From: Naegleria gruberi
Taxonomy: Eukaryota
NCBI GenBank assembly: GCA_000004985.1
Contig: GG738849.1
Direction: 5' to 3' (one strand)
Length of the DNA stretch: 64,000 bases
The position numbers and the translations under genes were made by a program. Positions 1 to 12,000 of the stretch are shown here, piece by piece (position 1 is the first letter of the stretch; the number at the start of each line of letters is the position of its first letter). A model generated the notes under the pieces. The model was not told the origin of the DNA. It was given only the letters and a program-made list of their open reading frames with translations, and searched no databases.

Positions 1-3000
1 NNNNNNNNNNNNNNNNNNNNNNNNNNNNNNNNNNNNNNNNNNNNNNNNNNNNNNNNNNNNNNNNNNNNNNNNNNNNNNNNNNNNNNNNNNNNNNNNNNNN
101 NNNNNNNNNNNNNNNNNNNNNNNNNNNNNNNNNNNNNNNNNNNNNNNNNNNNNNNNNNNNNNNNNNNNNNNNNNNNNNNNNNNNNNNNNNNNNNNNNNNN
201 NNNNNNNNNNNNNNNNNNNNNNNNNNNNNNNNNNNNNNNNNNNNNNNNNNNNNNNNNNNNNNNNNNNNNNNNNNNNNNNNNNNNNNNNNNNNNNNNNNNN
301 NNNNNNNNNNNNNNNNNNNNNNNNNNNNNNNNNNNNNNNNNNNNNNNNNNNNNNNNNNNNNNNNNNNNNNNNNNNNNNNNNNNNNNNNNNNNNNNNNNNN
401 NNNNNNNNNNNNNNNNNNNNNNNNNNNNNNNNNNNNNNNNNNNNNNNNNNNNNNNNNNNNNNNNNNNNNNNNNNNNNNNNNNNNNNNNNNNNNNNNNNNN
501 NNNNNNNNNNNNNNNNNNNNNNNNNNNNNNNNNNNNNNNNNNNNNNNNNNNNNNNNNNNNNNNNNNNNNNNNNNNNNNNNNNNNNNNNNNNNNNNNNNNN
601 NNNNNNNNNNNNNNNNNNNNNNNNNNNNNNNNNNNNNNNNNNNNNNNNNNNNNNNNNNNNNNNNNNNNNNNNNNNNNNNNNNNNNNNNNNNNNNNNNNNN
701 NNNNNNNNNNNNNNNNNNNNNNNNNNNNNNNNNNNNNNNNNNNNNNNNNNNNNNNNNNNNNNNNNNNNNNNNNNNNNNNNNNNNNNNNNNNNNNNNNNNN
801 NNNNNNNNNNNNNNNNNNNNNNNNNNNNNNNNNNNNNNNNNNNNNNNNNNNNNNNNNNNNNNNNNNNNNNNNNNNNNNNNNNNNNNNNNNNNNNNNNNNN
901 NNNNNNNNNNNNNNNNNNNNNNNNNNNNNNNNNNNNNNNNNNNNNNNNNNNNNNNNNNNNNNNNNNNNNNNNNNNNNNNNNNNNNNNNNNNNNNNNNNNN
1001 NNNNNNNNNNNNNNNNNNNNNNNNNNNNNNNNNNNNNNNNNNNNNNNNNNNNNNNNNNNNNNNNNNNNNNNNNNNNNNNNNNNNNNNNNNNNNNNNNNNN
1101 NNNNNNNNNNNNNNNNNNNNNNNNNNNNNNNNNNNNNNNNNNNNNNNNNNNNNNNNNNNNNNNNNNNNNNNNNNNNNNNNNNNNNNNNNNNNNNNNNNNN
1201 NNNNNNNNNNNNNNNNNNNNNNNNNNNNNNNNNNNNNNNNNNNNNNNNNNNNNNNNNNNNNNNNNNNNNNNNNNNNNNNNNNNNNNNNNNNNNNNNNNNN
1301 NNNNNNNNNNNNNNNNNNNNNNNNNNNNNNNNNNNNNNNNNNNNNNNNNNNNNNNNNNNNNNNNNNNNNNNNNNNNNNNNNNNNNNNNNNNNNNNNNNNN
1401 NNNNNNNNNNNNNNNNNNNNNNNNNNNNNNNNNNNNNNNNNNNNNNNNNNNNNNNNNNNNNNNNNNNNNNNNNNNNNNNNNNNNNNNNNNNNNNNNNNNN
1501 NNNNNNNNNNNNNNNNNNNNNNNNNNNNNNNNNNNNNNNNNNNNNNNNNNNNNNNNNNNNNNNNNNNNNNNNNNNNNNNNNNNNNNNNNNNNNNNNNNNN
1601 NNNNNNNNNNNNNNNNNNNNNNNNNNNNNNNNNNNNNNNNNNNNNNNNNNNNNNNNNNNNNNNNNNNNNNNNNNNNNNNNNNNNNNNNNNNNNNNNNNNN
1701 NNNNNNNNNNNNNNNNNNNNNNNNNNNNNNNNNNNNNNNNNNNNNNNNNNNNNNNNNNNNNNNNNNNNNNNNNNNNNNNNNNNNNNNNNNNNNNNNNNNN
1801 NNNNNNNNNNNNNNNNNNNNNNNNNNNNNNNNNNNNNNNNNNNNNNNNNNNNNNNNNNNNNNNNNNNNNNNNNNNNNNNNNNNNNNNNNNNNNNNNNNNN
1901 NNNNNNNNNNNNNNNNNNNNNNNNNNNNNNNNNNNNNNNNNNNNNNNNNNNNNNNNNNNNNNNNNNNNNNNNNNNNNNNNNNNNNNNNNNNNNNNNNNNN
2001 NNNNNNNNNNNNNNNNNNNNNNNNNNNNNNNNNNNNNNNNNNNNNNNNNNNNNNNNNNNNNNNNNNNNNNNNNNNNNNNNNNNNNNNNNNNNNNNNNNNN
2101 NNNNNNNNNNNNNNNNNNNNNNNNNNNNNNNNNNNNNNNNNNNNNNNNNNNNNNNNNNNNNNNNNNNNNNNNNNNNNNNNNNNNNNNNNNNNNNNNNNNN
2201 NNNNNNNNNNNNNNNNNNNNNNNNNNNNNNNNNNNNNNNNNNNNNNNNNNNNNNNNNNNNNNNNNNNNNNNNNNNNNNNNNNNNNNNNNNNNNNNNNNNN
2301 NNNNNNNNNNNNNNNNNNNNNNNNNNNNNNNNNNNNNNNNNNNNNNNNNNNNNNNNNNNNNNNNNNNNNNNNNNNNNNNNNNNNNNNNNNNNNNNNNNNN
2401 NNNNNNNNNNNNNNNNNNNNNNNNNNNNNNNNNNNNNNNNNNNNNNNNNNNNNNNNNNNNNNNNNNNNNNNNNNNNNNNNNNNNNNNNNNNNNNNNNNNN
2501 NNNNNNNNNNNNNNNNNNNNNNNNNNNNNNNNNNNNNNNNNNNNNNNNNNNNNNNNNNNNNNNNNNNNNNNNNNNNNNNNNNNNNNNNNNNNNNNNNNNN
2601 NNNNNNNNNNNNNNNNNNNNNNNNNNNNNNNNNNNNNNNNNNNNNNNNNNNNNNNNNNNNNNNNNNNNNNNNNNNNNNNNNNNNNNNNNNNNNNNNNNNN
2701 NNNNNNNNNNNNNNNNNNNNNNNNNNNNNNNNNNNNNNNNNNNNNNNNNNNNNNNNNNNNNNNNNNNNNNNNNNNNNNNNNNNNNNNNNNNNNNNNNNNN
2801 NNNNNNNNNNNNNNNNNNNNNNNNNNNNNNNNNNNNNNNNNNNNNNNNNNNNNNNNNNNNNNNNNNNNNNNNNNNNNNNNNNNNNNNNNNNNNNNNNNNN
2901 NNNNNNNNNNNNNNNNNNNNNNNNNNNNNNNNNNNNNNNNNNNNNNNNNNNNNNNNNNNNNNNNNNNNNNNNNNNNNNNNNNNNNNNNNNNNNNNNNNNN

Positions 3001-6000
3001 NNNNNNNNNNNNNNNNNNNNNNNNNNNNNNNNNNNNNNNNNNNNNNNNNNNNNNNNNNNNNNNNNNNNNNNNNNNNNNNNNNNNNNNNNNNNNNNNNNNN
3101 NNNNNNNNNNNNNNNNNNNNNNNNNNNNNNNNNNNNNNNNNNNNNNNNNNNNNNNNNNNNNNNNNNNNNNNNNNNNNNNNNNNNNNNNNNNNNNNNNNNN
3201 NNNNNNNNNNNNNNNNNNNNNNNNNNNNNNNNNNNNNNNNNNNNNNNNNNNNNNNNNNNNNNNNNNNNNNNNNNNNNNNNNNNNNNNNNNNNNNNNNNNN
3301 NNNNNNNNNNNNNNNNNNNNNNNNNNNNNNNNNNNNNNNNNNNNNNNNNNNNNNNNNNNNNNNNNNNNNNNNNNNNNNNNNNNNNNNNNNNNNNNNNNNN
3401 NNNNNNNNNNNNNNNNNNNNNNNNNNNNNNNNNNNNNNNNNNNNNNNNNNNNNNNNNNNNNNNNNNNNNNNNNNNNNNNNNNNNNNNNNNNNNNNNNNNN
3501 NNNNNNNNNNNNNNNNNNNNNNNNNNNNNNNNNNNNNNNNNNNNNNNNNNNNNNNNNNNNNNNNNNNNNNNNNNNNNNNNNNNNNNNNNNNNNNNNNNNN
3601 NNNNNNNNNNNNNNNNNNNNNNNNNNNNNNNNNNNNNNNNNNNNNNNNNNNNNNNNNNNNNNNNNNNNNNNNNNNNNNNNNNNNNNNNNNNNNNNNNNNN
3701 NNNNNNNNNNNNNNNNNNNNNNNNNNNNNNNNNNNNNNNNNNNNNNNNNNNNNNNNNNNNNNNNNNNNNNNNNNNNNNNNNNNNNNNNNNNNNNNNNNNN
3801 NNNNNNNNNNNNNNNNNNNNNNNNNNNNNNNNNNNNNNNNNNNNNNNNNNNNNNNNNNNNNNNNNNNNNNNNNNNNNNNNNNNNNNNNNNNNNNNNNNNN
3901 NNNNNNNNNNNNNNNNNNNNNNNNNNNNNNNNNNNNNNNNNNNNNNNNNNNNNNNNNNNNNNNNNNNNNNNNNNNNNNNNNNNNNNNNNNNNNNNNNNNN
4001 NNNNNNNNNNNNNNNNNNNNNNNNNNNNNNNNNNNNNNNNNNNNNNNNNNNNNNNNNNNNNNNNNNNNNNNNNNNNNNNNNNNNNNNNNNNNNNNNNNNN
4101 NNNNNNNNNNNNNNNNNNNNNNNNNNNNNNNNNNNNNNNNNNNNNNNNNNNNNNNNNNNNNNNNNNNNNNNNNNNNNNNNNNNNNNNNNNNNNNNNNNNN
4201 NNNNNNNNNNNNNNNNNNNNNNNNNNNNNNNNNNNNNNNNNNNNNNNNNNNNNNNNNNNNNNNNNNNNNNNNNNNNNNNNNNNNNNNNNNNNNNNNNNNN
4301 NNNNNNNNNNNNNNNNNNNNNNNNNNNNNNNNNNNNNNNNNNNNNNNNNNNNNNNNNNNNNNNNNNNNNNNNNNNNNNNNNNNNNNNNNNNNNNNNNNNN
4401 NNNNNNNNNNNNNNNNNNNNNNNNNNNNNNNNNNNNNNNNNNNNNNNNNNNNNNNNNNNNNNNNNNNNNNNNNNNNNNNNNNNNNNNNNNNNNNNNNNNN
4501 NNNNNNNNNNNNNNNNNNNNNNNNNNNNNNNNNNNNNNNNNNNNNNNNNNNNNNNNNNNNNNNNNNNNNNNNNNNNNNNNNNNNNNNNNNNNNNNNNNNN
4601 NNNNNNNNNNNNNNNNNNNNNNNNNNNNNNNNNNNNNNNNNNNNNNNNNNNNNNNNNNNNNNNNNNNNNNNNNNNNNNNNNNNNNNNNNNNNNNNNNNNN
4701 NNNNNNNNNNNNNNNNNNNNNNNNNNNNNNNNNNNNNNNNNNNNNNNNNNNNNNNNNNNNNNNNNNNNNNNNNNNNNNNNNNNNNNNNNNNNNNNNNNNN
4801 NNNNNNNNNNNNNNNNNNNNNNNNNNNNNNNNNNNNNNNNNNNNNNNNNNNNNNNNNNNNNNNNNNNNNNNNNNNNNNNNNNNNNNNNNNNNNNNNNNNN
4901 NNNNNNNNNNNNNNNNNNNNNNNNNNNNNNNNNNNNNNNNNNNNNNNNNNNNNNNNNNNNNNNNNNNNNNNNNNNNNNNNNNNNNNNNNNNNNNNNNNNN
5001 NNNNNNNNNNNNNNNNNNNNNNNNNNNNNNNNNNNNNNNNNNNNNNNNNNNNNNNNNNNNNNNNNNNNNNNNNNNNNNNNNNNNNNNNNNNNNNNNNNNN
5101 NNNNNNNNNNNNNNNNNNNNNNNNNNNNNNNNNNNNNNNNNNNNNNNNNNNNNNNNNNNNNNNNNNNNNNNNNNNNNNNNNNNNNNNNNNNNNNNNNNNN
5201 NNNNNNNNNNNNNNNNNNNNNNNNNNNNNNNNNNNNNNNNNNNNNNNNNNNNNNNNNNNNNNNNNNNNNNNNNNNNNNNNNNNNNNNNNNNNNNNNNNNN
5301 NNNNNNNNNNNNNNNNNNNNNNNNNNNNNNNNNNNNNNNNNNNNNNNNNNNNNNNNNNNNNNNNNNNNNNNNNNNNNNNNNNNNNNNNNNNNNNNNNNNN
5401 NNNNNNNNNNNNNNNNNNNNNNNNNNNNNNNNNNNNNNNNNNNNNNNNNNNNNNNNNNNNNNNNNNNNNNNNNNNNNNNNNNNNNNNNNNNNNNNNNNNN
5501 NNNNNNNNNNNNNNNNNNNNNNNNNNNNNNNNNNNNNNNNNNNNNNNNNNNNNNNNNNNNNNNNNNNNNNNNNNNNNNNNNNNNNNNNNNNNNNNNNNNN
5601 NNNNNNNNNNNNNNNNNNNNNNNNNNNNNNNNNNNNNNNNNNNNNNNNNNNNNNNNNNNNNNNNNNNNNNNNNNNNNNNNNNNNNNNNNNNNNNNNNNNN
5701 NNNNNNNNNNNNNNNNNNNNNNNNNNNNNNNNNNNNNNNNNNNNNNNNNNNNNNNNNNNNNNNNNNNNNNNNNNNNNNNNNNNNNNNNNNNNNNNNNNNN
5801 NNNNNNNNNNNNNNNNNNNNNNNNNNNNNNNNNNNNNNNNNNNNNNNNNNNNNNNNNNNNNNNNNNNNNNNNNNNNNNNNNNNNNNNNNNNNNNNNNNNN
5901 NNNNNNNNNNNNNNNNNNNNNNNNNNNNNNNNNNNNNNNNNNNNNNNNNNNNNNNNNNNNNNNNNNNNNNNNNNNNNNNNNNNNNNNNNNNNNNNNNNNN

Positions 6001-9000
6001 NNNNNNNNNNNNNNNNNNNNNNNNNNNNNNNNNNNNNNNNNNNNNNNNNNNNNNNNNNNNNNNNNNNNNNNNNNNNNNNNNNNNNNNNNNNNNNNNNNNN
6101 NNNNNNNNNNNNNNNNNNNNNNNNNNNNNNNNNNNNNNNNNNNNNNNNNNNNNNNNNNNNNNNNNNNNNNNNNNNNNNNNNNNNNNNNNNNNNNNNNNNN
6201 NNNNNNNNNNNNNNNNNNNNNNNNNNNNNNNNNNNNNNNNNNNNNNNNNNNNNNNNNNNNNNNNNNNNNNNNNNNNNNNNNNNNNNNNNNNNNNNNNNNN
6301 NNNNNNNNNNNNNNNNNNNNNNNNNNNNNNNNNNNNNNNNNNNNNNNNNNNNNNNNNNNNNNNNNNNNNNNNNNNNNNNNNNNNNNNNNNNNNNNNNNNN
6401 NNNNNNNNNNNNNNNNNNNNNNNNNNNNNNNNNNNNNNNNNNNNNNNNNNNNNNNNNNNNNNNNNNNNNNNNNNNNNNNNNNNNNNNNNNNNNNNNNNNN
6501 NNNNNNNNNNNNNNNNNNNNNNNNNNNNNNNNNNNNNNNNNNNNNNNNNNNNNNNNNNNNNNNNNNNNNNNNNNNNNNNNNNNNNNNNNNNNNNNNNNNN
6601 NNNNNNNNNNNNNNNNNNNNNNNNNNNNNNNNNNNNNNNNNNNNNNNNNNNNNNNNNNNNNNNNNNNNNNNNNNNNNNNNNNNNNNNNNNNNNNNNNNNN
6701 NNNNNNNNNNNNNNNNNNNNNNNNNNNNNNNNNNNNNNNNNNNNNNNNNNNNNNNNNNNNNNNNNNNNNNNNNNNNNNNNNNNNNNNNNNNNNNNNNNNN
6801 NNNNNNNNNNNNNNNNNNNNNNNNNNNNNNNNNNNNNNNNNNNNNNNNNNNNNNNNNNNNNNNNNNNNNNNNNNNNNNNNNNNNNNNNNNNNNNNNNNNN
6901 NNNNNNNNNNNNNNNNNNNNNNNNNNNNNNNNNNNNNNNNNNNNNNNNNNNNNNNNNNNNNNNNNNNNNNNNNNNNNNNNNNNNNNNNNNNNNNNNNNNN
7001 NNNNNNNNNNNNNNNNNNNNNNNNNNNNNNNNNNNNNNNNNNNNNNNNNNNNNNNNNNNNNNNNNNNNNNNNNNNNNNNNNNNNNNNNNNNNNNNNNNNN
7101 NNNNNNNNNNNNNNNNNNNNNNNNNNNNNNNNNNNNNNNNNNNNNNNNNNNNNNNNNNNNNNNNNNNNNNNNNNNNNNNNNNNNNNNNNNNNNNNNNNNN
7201 NNNNNNNNNNNNNNNNNNNNNNNNNNNNNNNNNNNNNNNNNNNNNNNNNNNNNNNNNNNNNNNNNNNNNNNNNNNNNNNNNNNNNNNNNNNNNNNNNNNN
7301 NNNNNNNNNNNNNNNNNNNNNNNNNNNNNNNNNNNNNNNNNNNNNNNNNNNNNNNNNNNNNNNNNNNNNNNNNNNNNNNNNNNNNNNNNNNNNNNNNNNN
7401 NNNNNNNNNNNNNNNNNNNNNNNNNNNNNNNNNNNNNNNNNNNNNNNNNNNNNNNNNNNNNNNNNNNNNNNNNNNNNNNNNNNNNNNNNNNNNNNNNNNN
7501 NNNNNNNNNNNNNNNNNNNNNNNNNNNNNNNNNNNNNNNNNNNNNNNNNNNNNNNNNNNNNNNNNNNNNNNNNNNNNNNNNNNNNNNNNNNNNNNNNNNN
7601 NNNNNNNNNNNNNNNNNNNNNNNNNNNNNNNNNNNNNNNNNNNNNNNNNNNNNNNNNNNNNNNNNNNNNNNNNNNNNNNNNNNNNNNNNNNNNNNNNNNN
7701 NNNNNNNNNNNNNNNNNNNNNNNNNNNNNNNNNNNNNNNNNNNNNNNNNNNNNNNNNNNNNNNNNNNNNNNNNNNNNNNNNNNNNNNNNNNNNNNNNNNN
7801 NNNNNNNNNNNNNNNNNNNNNNNNNNNNNNNNNNNNNNNNNNNNNNNNNNNNNNNNNNNNNNNNNNNNNNNNNNNNNNNNNNNNNNNNNNNNNNNNNNNN
7901 NNNNNNNNNNNNNNNNNNNNNNNNNNNNNNNNNNNNNNNNNNNNNNNNNNNNNNNNNNNNNNNNNNNNNNNNNNNNNNNNNNNNNNNNNNNNNNNNNNNN
8001 NNNNNNNNNNNNNNNNNNNNNNNNNNNNNNNNNNNNNNNNNNNNNNNNNNNNNNNNNNNNNNNNNNNNNNNNNNNNNNNNNNNNNNNNNNNNNNNNNNNN
8101 NNNNNNNNNNNNNNNNNNNNNNNNNNNNNNNNNNNNNNNNNNNNNNNNNNNNNNNNNNNNNNNNNNNNNNNNNNNNNNNNNNNNNNNNNNNNNNNNNNNN
8201 NNNNNNNNNNNNNNNNNNNNNNNNNNNNNNNNNNNNNNNNNNNNNNNNNNNNNNNNNNNNNNNNNNNNNNNNNNNNNNNNNNNNNNNNNNNNNNNNNNNN
8301 NNNNNNNNNNNNNNNNNNNNNNNNNNNNNNNNNNNNNNNNNNNNNNNNNNNNNNNNNNNNNNNNNNNNNNNNNNNNNNNNNNNNNNNNNNNNNNNNNNNN
8401 NNNNNNNNNNNNNNNNNNNNNNNNNNNNNNNNNNNNNNNNNNNNNNNNNNNNNNNNNNNNNNNNNNNNNNNNNNNNNNNNNNNNNNNNNNNNNNNNNNNN
8501 NNNNNNNNNNNNNNNNNNNNNNNNNNNNNNNNNNNNNNNNNNNNNNNNNNNNNNNNNNNNNNNNNNNNNNNNNNNNNNNNNNNNNNNNNNNNNNNNNNNN
8601 NNNNNNNNNNNNNNNNNNNNNNNNNNNNNNNNNNNNNNNNNNNNNNNNNNNNNNNNNNNNNNNNNNNNNNNNNNNNNNNNNNNNNNNNNNNNNNNNNNNN
8701 NNNNNNNNNNNNNNNNNNNNNNNNNNNNNNNNNNNNNNNNNNNNNNNNNNNNNNNNNNNNNNNNNNNNNNNNNNNNNNNNNNNNNNNNNNNNNNNNNNNN
8801 NNNNNNNNNNNNNNNNNNNNNNNNNNNNNNNNNNNNNNNNNNNNNNNNNNNNNNNNNNNNNNNNNNNNNNNNNNNNNNNNNNNNNNNNNNNNNNNNNNNN
8901 NNNNNNNNNNNNNNNNNNNNNNNNNNNNNNNNNNNNNNNNNNNNNNNNNNNNNNNNNNNNNNNNNNNNNNNNNNNNNNNNNNNNNNNNNNNNNNNNNNNN

Positions 9001-12000
9001 NNNNNNNNNNNNNNNNNNNNNNNNNNNNNNNNNNNNNNNNNNNNNNNNNNNNNNNNNNNNNNNNNNNNNNNNNNNNNNNNNNNNNNNNNNNNNNNNNNNN
9101 NNNNNNNNNNNNNNNNNNNNNNNNNNNNNNNNNNNNNNNNNNNNNNNNNNNNNNNNNNNNNNNNNNNNNNNNNNNNNNNNNNNNNNNNNNNNNNNNNNNN
9201 NNNNNNNNNNNNNNNNNNNNNNNNNNNNNNNNNNNNNNNNNNNNNNNNNNNNNNNNNNNNNNNNNNNNNNNNNNNNNNNNNNNNNNNNNNNNNNNNNNNN
9301 NNNNNNNNNNNNNNNNNNNNNNNNNNNNNNNNNNNNNNNNNNNNNNNNNNNNNNNNNNNNNNNNNNNNNNNNNNNNNNNNNNNNNNNNNNNNNNNNNNNN
9401 NNNNNNNNNNNNNNNNNNNNNNNNNNNNNNNNNNNNNNNNNNNNNNNNNNNNNNNNNNNNNNNNNNNNNNNNNNNNNNNNNNNNNNNNNNNNNNNNNNNN
9501 NNNNNNNNNNNNNNNNNNNNNNNNNNNNNNNNNNNNNNNNNNNNNNNNNNNNNNNNNNNNNNNNNNNNNNNNNNNNNNNNNNNNNNNNNNNNNNNNNNNN
9601 NNNNNNNNNNNNNNNNNNNNNNNNNNNNNNNNNNNNNNNNNNNNNNNNNNNNNNNNNNNNNNNNNNNNNNNNNNNNNNNNNNNNNNNNNNNNNNNNNNNN
9701 NNNNNNNNNNNNNNNNNNNNNNNNNNNNNNNNNNNNNNNNNNNNNNNNNNNNNNNNNNNNNNNNNNNNNNNNNNNNNNNNNNNNNNNNNNNNNNNNNNNN
9801 NNNNNNNNNNNNNNNNNNNNNNNNNNNNNNNNNNNNNNNNNNNNNNNNNNNNNNNNNNNNNNNNNNNNNNNNNNNNNNNNNNNNNNNNNNNNNNNNNNNN
9901 NNNNNNNNNNNNNNNNNNNNNNNNNNNNNNNNNNNNNNNNNNNNNNNNNNNNNNNNNNNNNNNNNNNNNNNNNNNNNNNNNNNNNNNNNNNNNNNNNNNN
10001 NNNNNNNNNNNNNNNNNNNNNNNNNNNNNNNNNNNNNNNNNNNNNNNNNNNNNNNNNNNNNNNNNNNNNNNNNNNNNNNNNNNNNNNNNNNNNNNNNNNN
10101 NNNNNNNNNNNNNNNNNNNNNNNNNNNNNNNNNNNNNNNNNNNNNNNNNNNNNNNNNNNNNNNNNNNNNNNNNNNNNNNNNNNNNNNNNNNNNNNNNNNN
10201 NNNNNNNNNNNNNNNNNNNNNNNNNNNNNNNNNNNNNNNNNNNNNNNNNNNNNNNNNNNNNNNNNNNNNNNNNNNNNNNNNNNNNNNNNNNNNNNNNNNN
10301 NNNNNNNNNNNNNNNNNNNNNNNNNNNNNNNNNNNNNNNNNNNNNNNNNNNNNNNNNNNNNNNNNNNNNNNNNNNNNNNNNNNNNNNNNNNNNNNNNNNN
10401 NNNNNNNNNNNNNNNNNNNNNNNNNNNNNNNNNNNNNNNNNNNNNNNNNNNNNNNNNNNNNNNNNNNNNNNNNNNNNNNNNNNNNNNNNNNNNNNNNNNN
10501 NNNNNNNNNNNNNNNNNNNNNNNNNNNNNNNNNNNNNNNNNNNNNNNNNNNNNNNNNNNNNNNNNNNNNNNNNNNNNNNNNNNNNNNNNNNNNNNNNNNN
10601 NNNNNNNNNNNNNNNNNNNNNNNNNNNNNNNNNNNNNNNNNNNNNNNNNNNNNNNNNNNNNNNNNNNNNNNNNNNNNNNNNNNNNNNNNNNNNNNNNNNN
10701 NNNNNNNNNNNNNNNNNNNNNNNNNNNNNNNNNNNNNNNNNNNNNNNNNNNNNNNNNNNNNNNNNNNNNNNNNNNNNNNNNNNNNNNNNNNNNNNNNNNN
10801 NNNNNNNNNNNNNNNNNNNNNNNNNNNNNNNNNNNNNNNNNNNNNNNNNNNNNNNNNNNNNNNNNNNNNNNNNNNNNNNNNNNNNNNNNNNNNNNNNNNN
10901 NNNNNNNNNNNNNNNNNNNNNNNNNNNNNNNNNNNNNNNNNNNNNNNNNNNNNNNNNNNNNNNNNNNNNNNNNNNNNNNNNNNNNNNNNNNNNNNNNNNN
11001 NNNNNNNNNNNNNNNNNNNNNNNNNNNNNNNNNNNNNNNNNNNNNNNNNNNNNNNNNNNNNNNNNNNNNNNNNNNNNNNNNNNNNNNNNNNNNNNNNNNN
11101 NNNNNNNNNNNNNNNNNNNNNNNNNNNNNNNNNNNNNNNNNNNNNNNNNNNNNNNNNNNNNNNNNNNNNNNNNNNNNNNNNNNNNNNNNNNNNNNNNNNN
11201 NNNNNNNNNNNNNNNNNNNNNNNNNNNNNNNNNNNNNNNNNNNNNNNNNNNNNNNNNNNNNNNNNNNNNNNNNNNNNNNNNNNNNNNNNNNNNNNNNNNN
11301 NNNNNNNNNNNNNNNNNNNNNNNNNNNNNNNNNNNNNNNNNNNNNNNNNNNNNNNNNNNNNNNNNNNNNNNNNNNNNNNNNNNNNNNNNNNNNNNNNNNN
11401 NNNNNNNNNNNNNNNNNNNNNNNNNNNNNNNNNNNNNNNNNNNNNNNNNNNNNNNNNNNNNNNNNNNNNNNNNNNNNNNNNNNNNNNNNNNNNNNNNNNN
11501 NNNNNNNNNNNNNNNNNNNNNNNNNNNNNNNNNNNNNNNNNNNNNNNNNNNNNNNNNNNNNNNNNNNNNNNNNNNNNNNNNNNNNNNNNNNNNNNNNNNN
11601 NNNNNNNNNNNNNNNNNNNNNNNNNNNNNNNNNNNNNNNNNNNNNNNNNNNNNNNNNNNNNNNNNNNNNNNNNNNNNNNNNNNNNNNNNNNNNNNNNNNN
11701 NNNNNNNNNNNNNNNNNNNNNNNNNNNNNNNNNNNNNNNNNNNNNNNNNNNNNNNNNNNNNNNNNNNNNNNNNNNNNNNNNNNNNNNNNNNNNNNNNNNN
11801 NNNNNNNNNNNNNNNNNNNNNNNNNNNNNNNNNNNNNNNNNNNNNNNNNNNNNNNNNNNNNNNNNNNNNNNNNNNNNNNNNNNNNNNNNNNNNNNNNNNN
11901 NNNNNNNNNNNNNNNNNNNNNNNNNNNNNNNNNNNNNNNNNNNNNNNNNNNNNNNNNNNNNNNNNNNNNNNNNNNNNNNNNNNNNNNNNNNNNNNNNNNN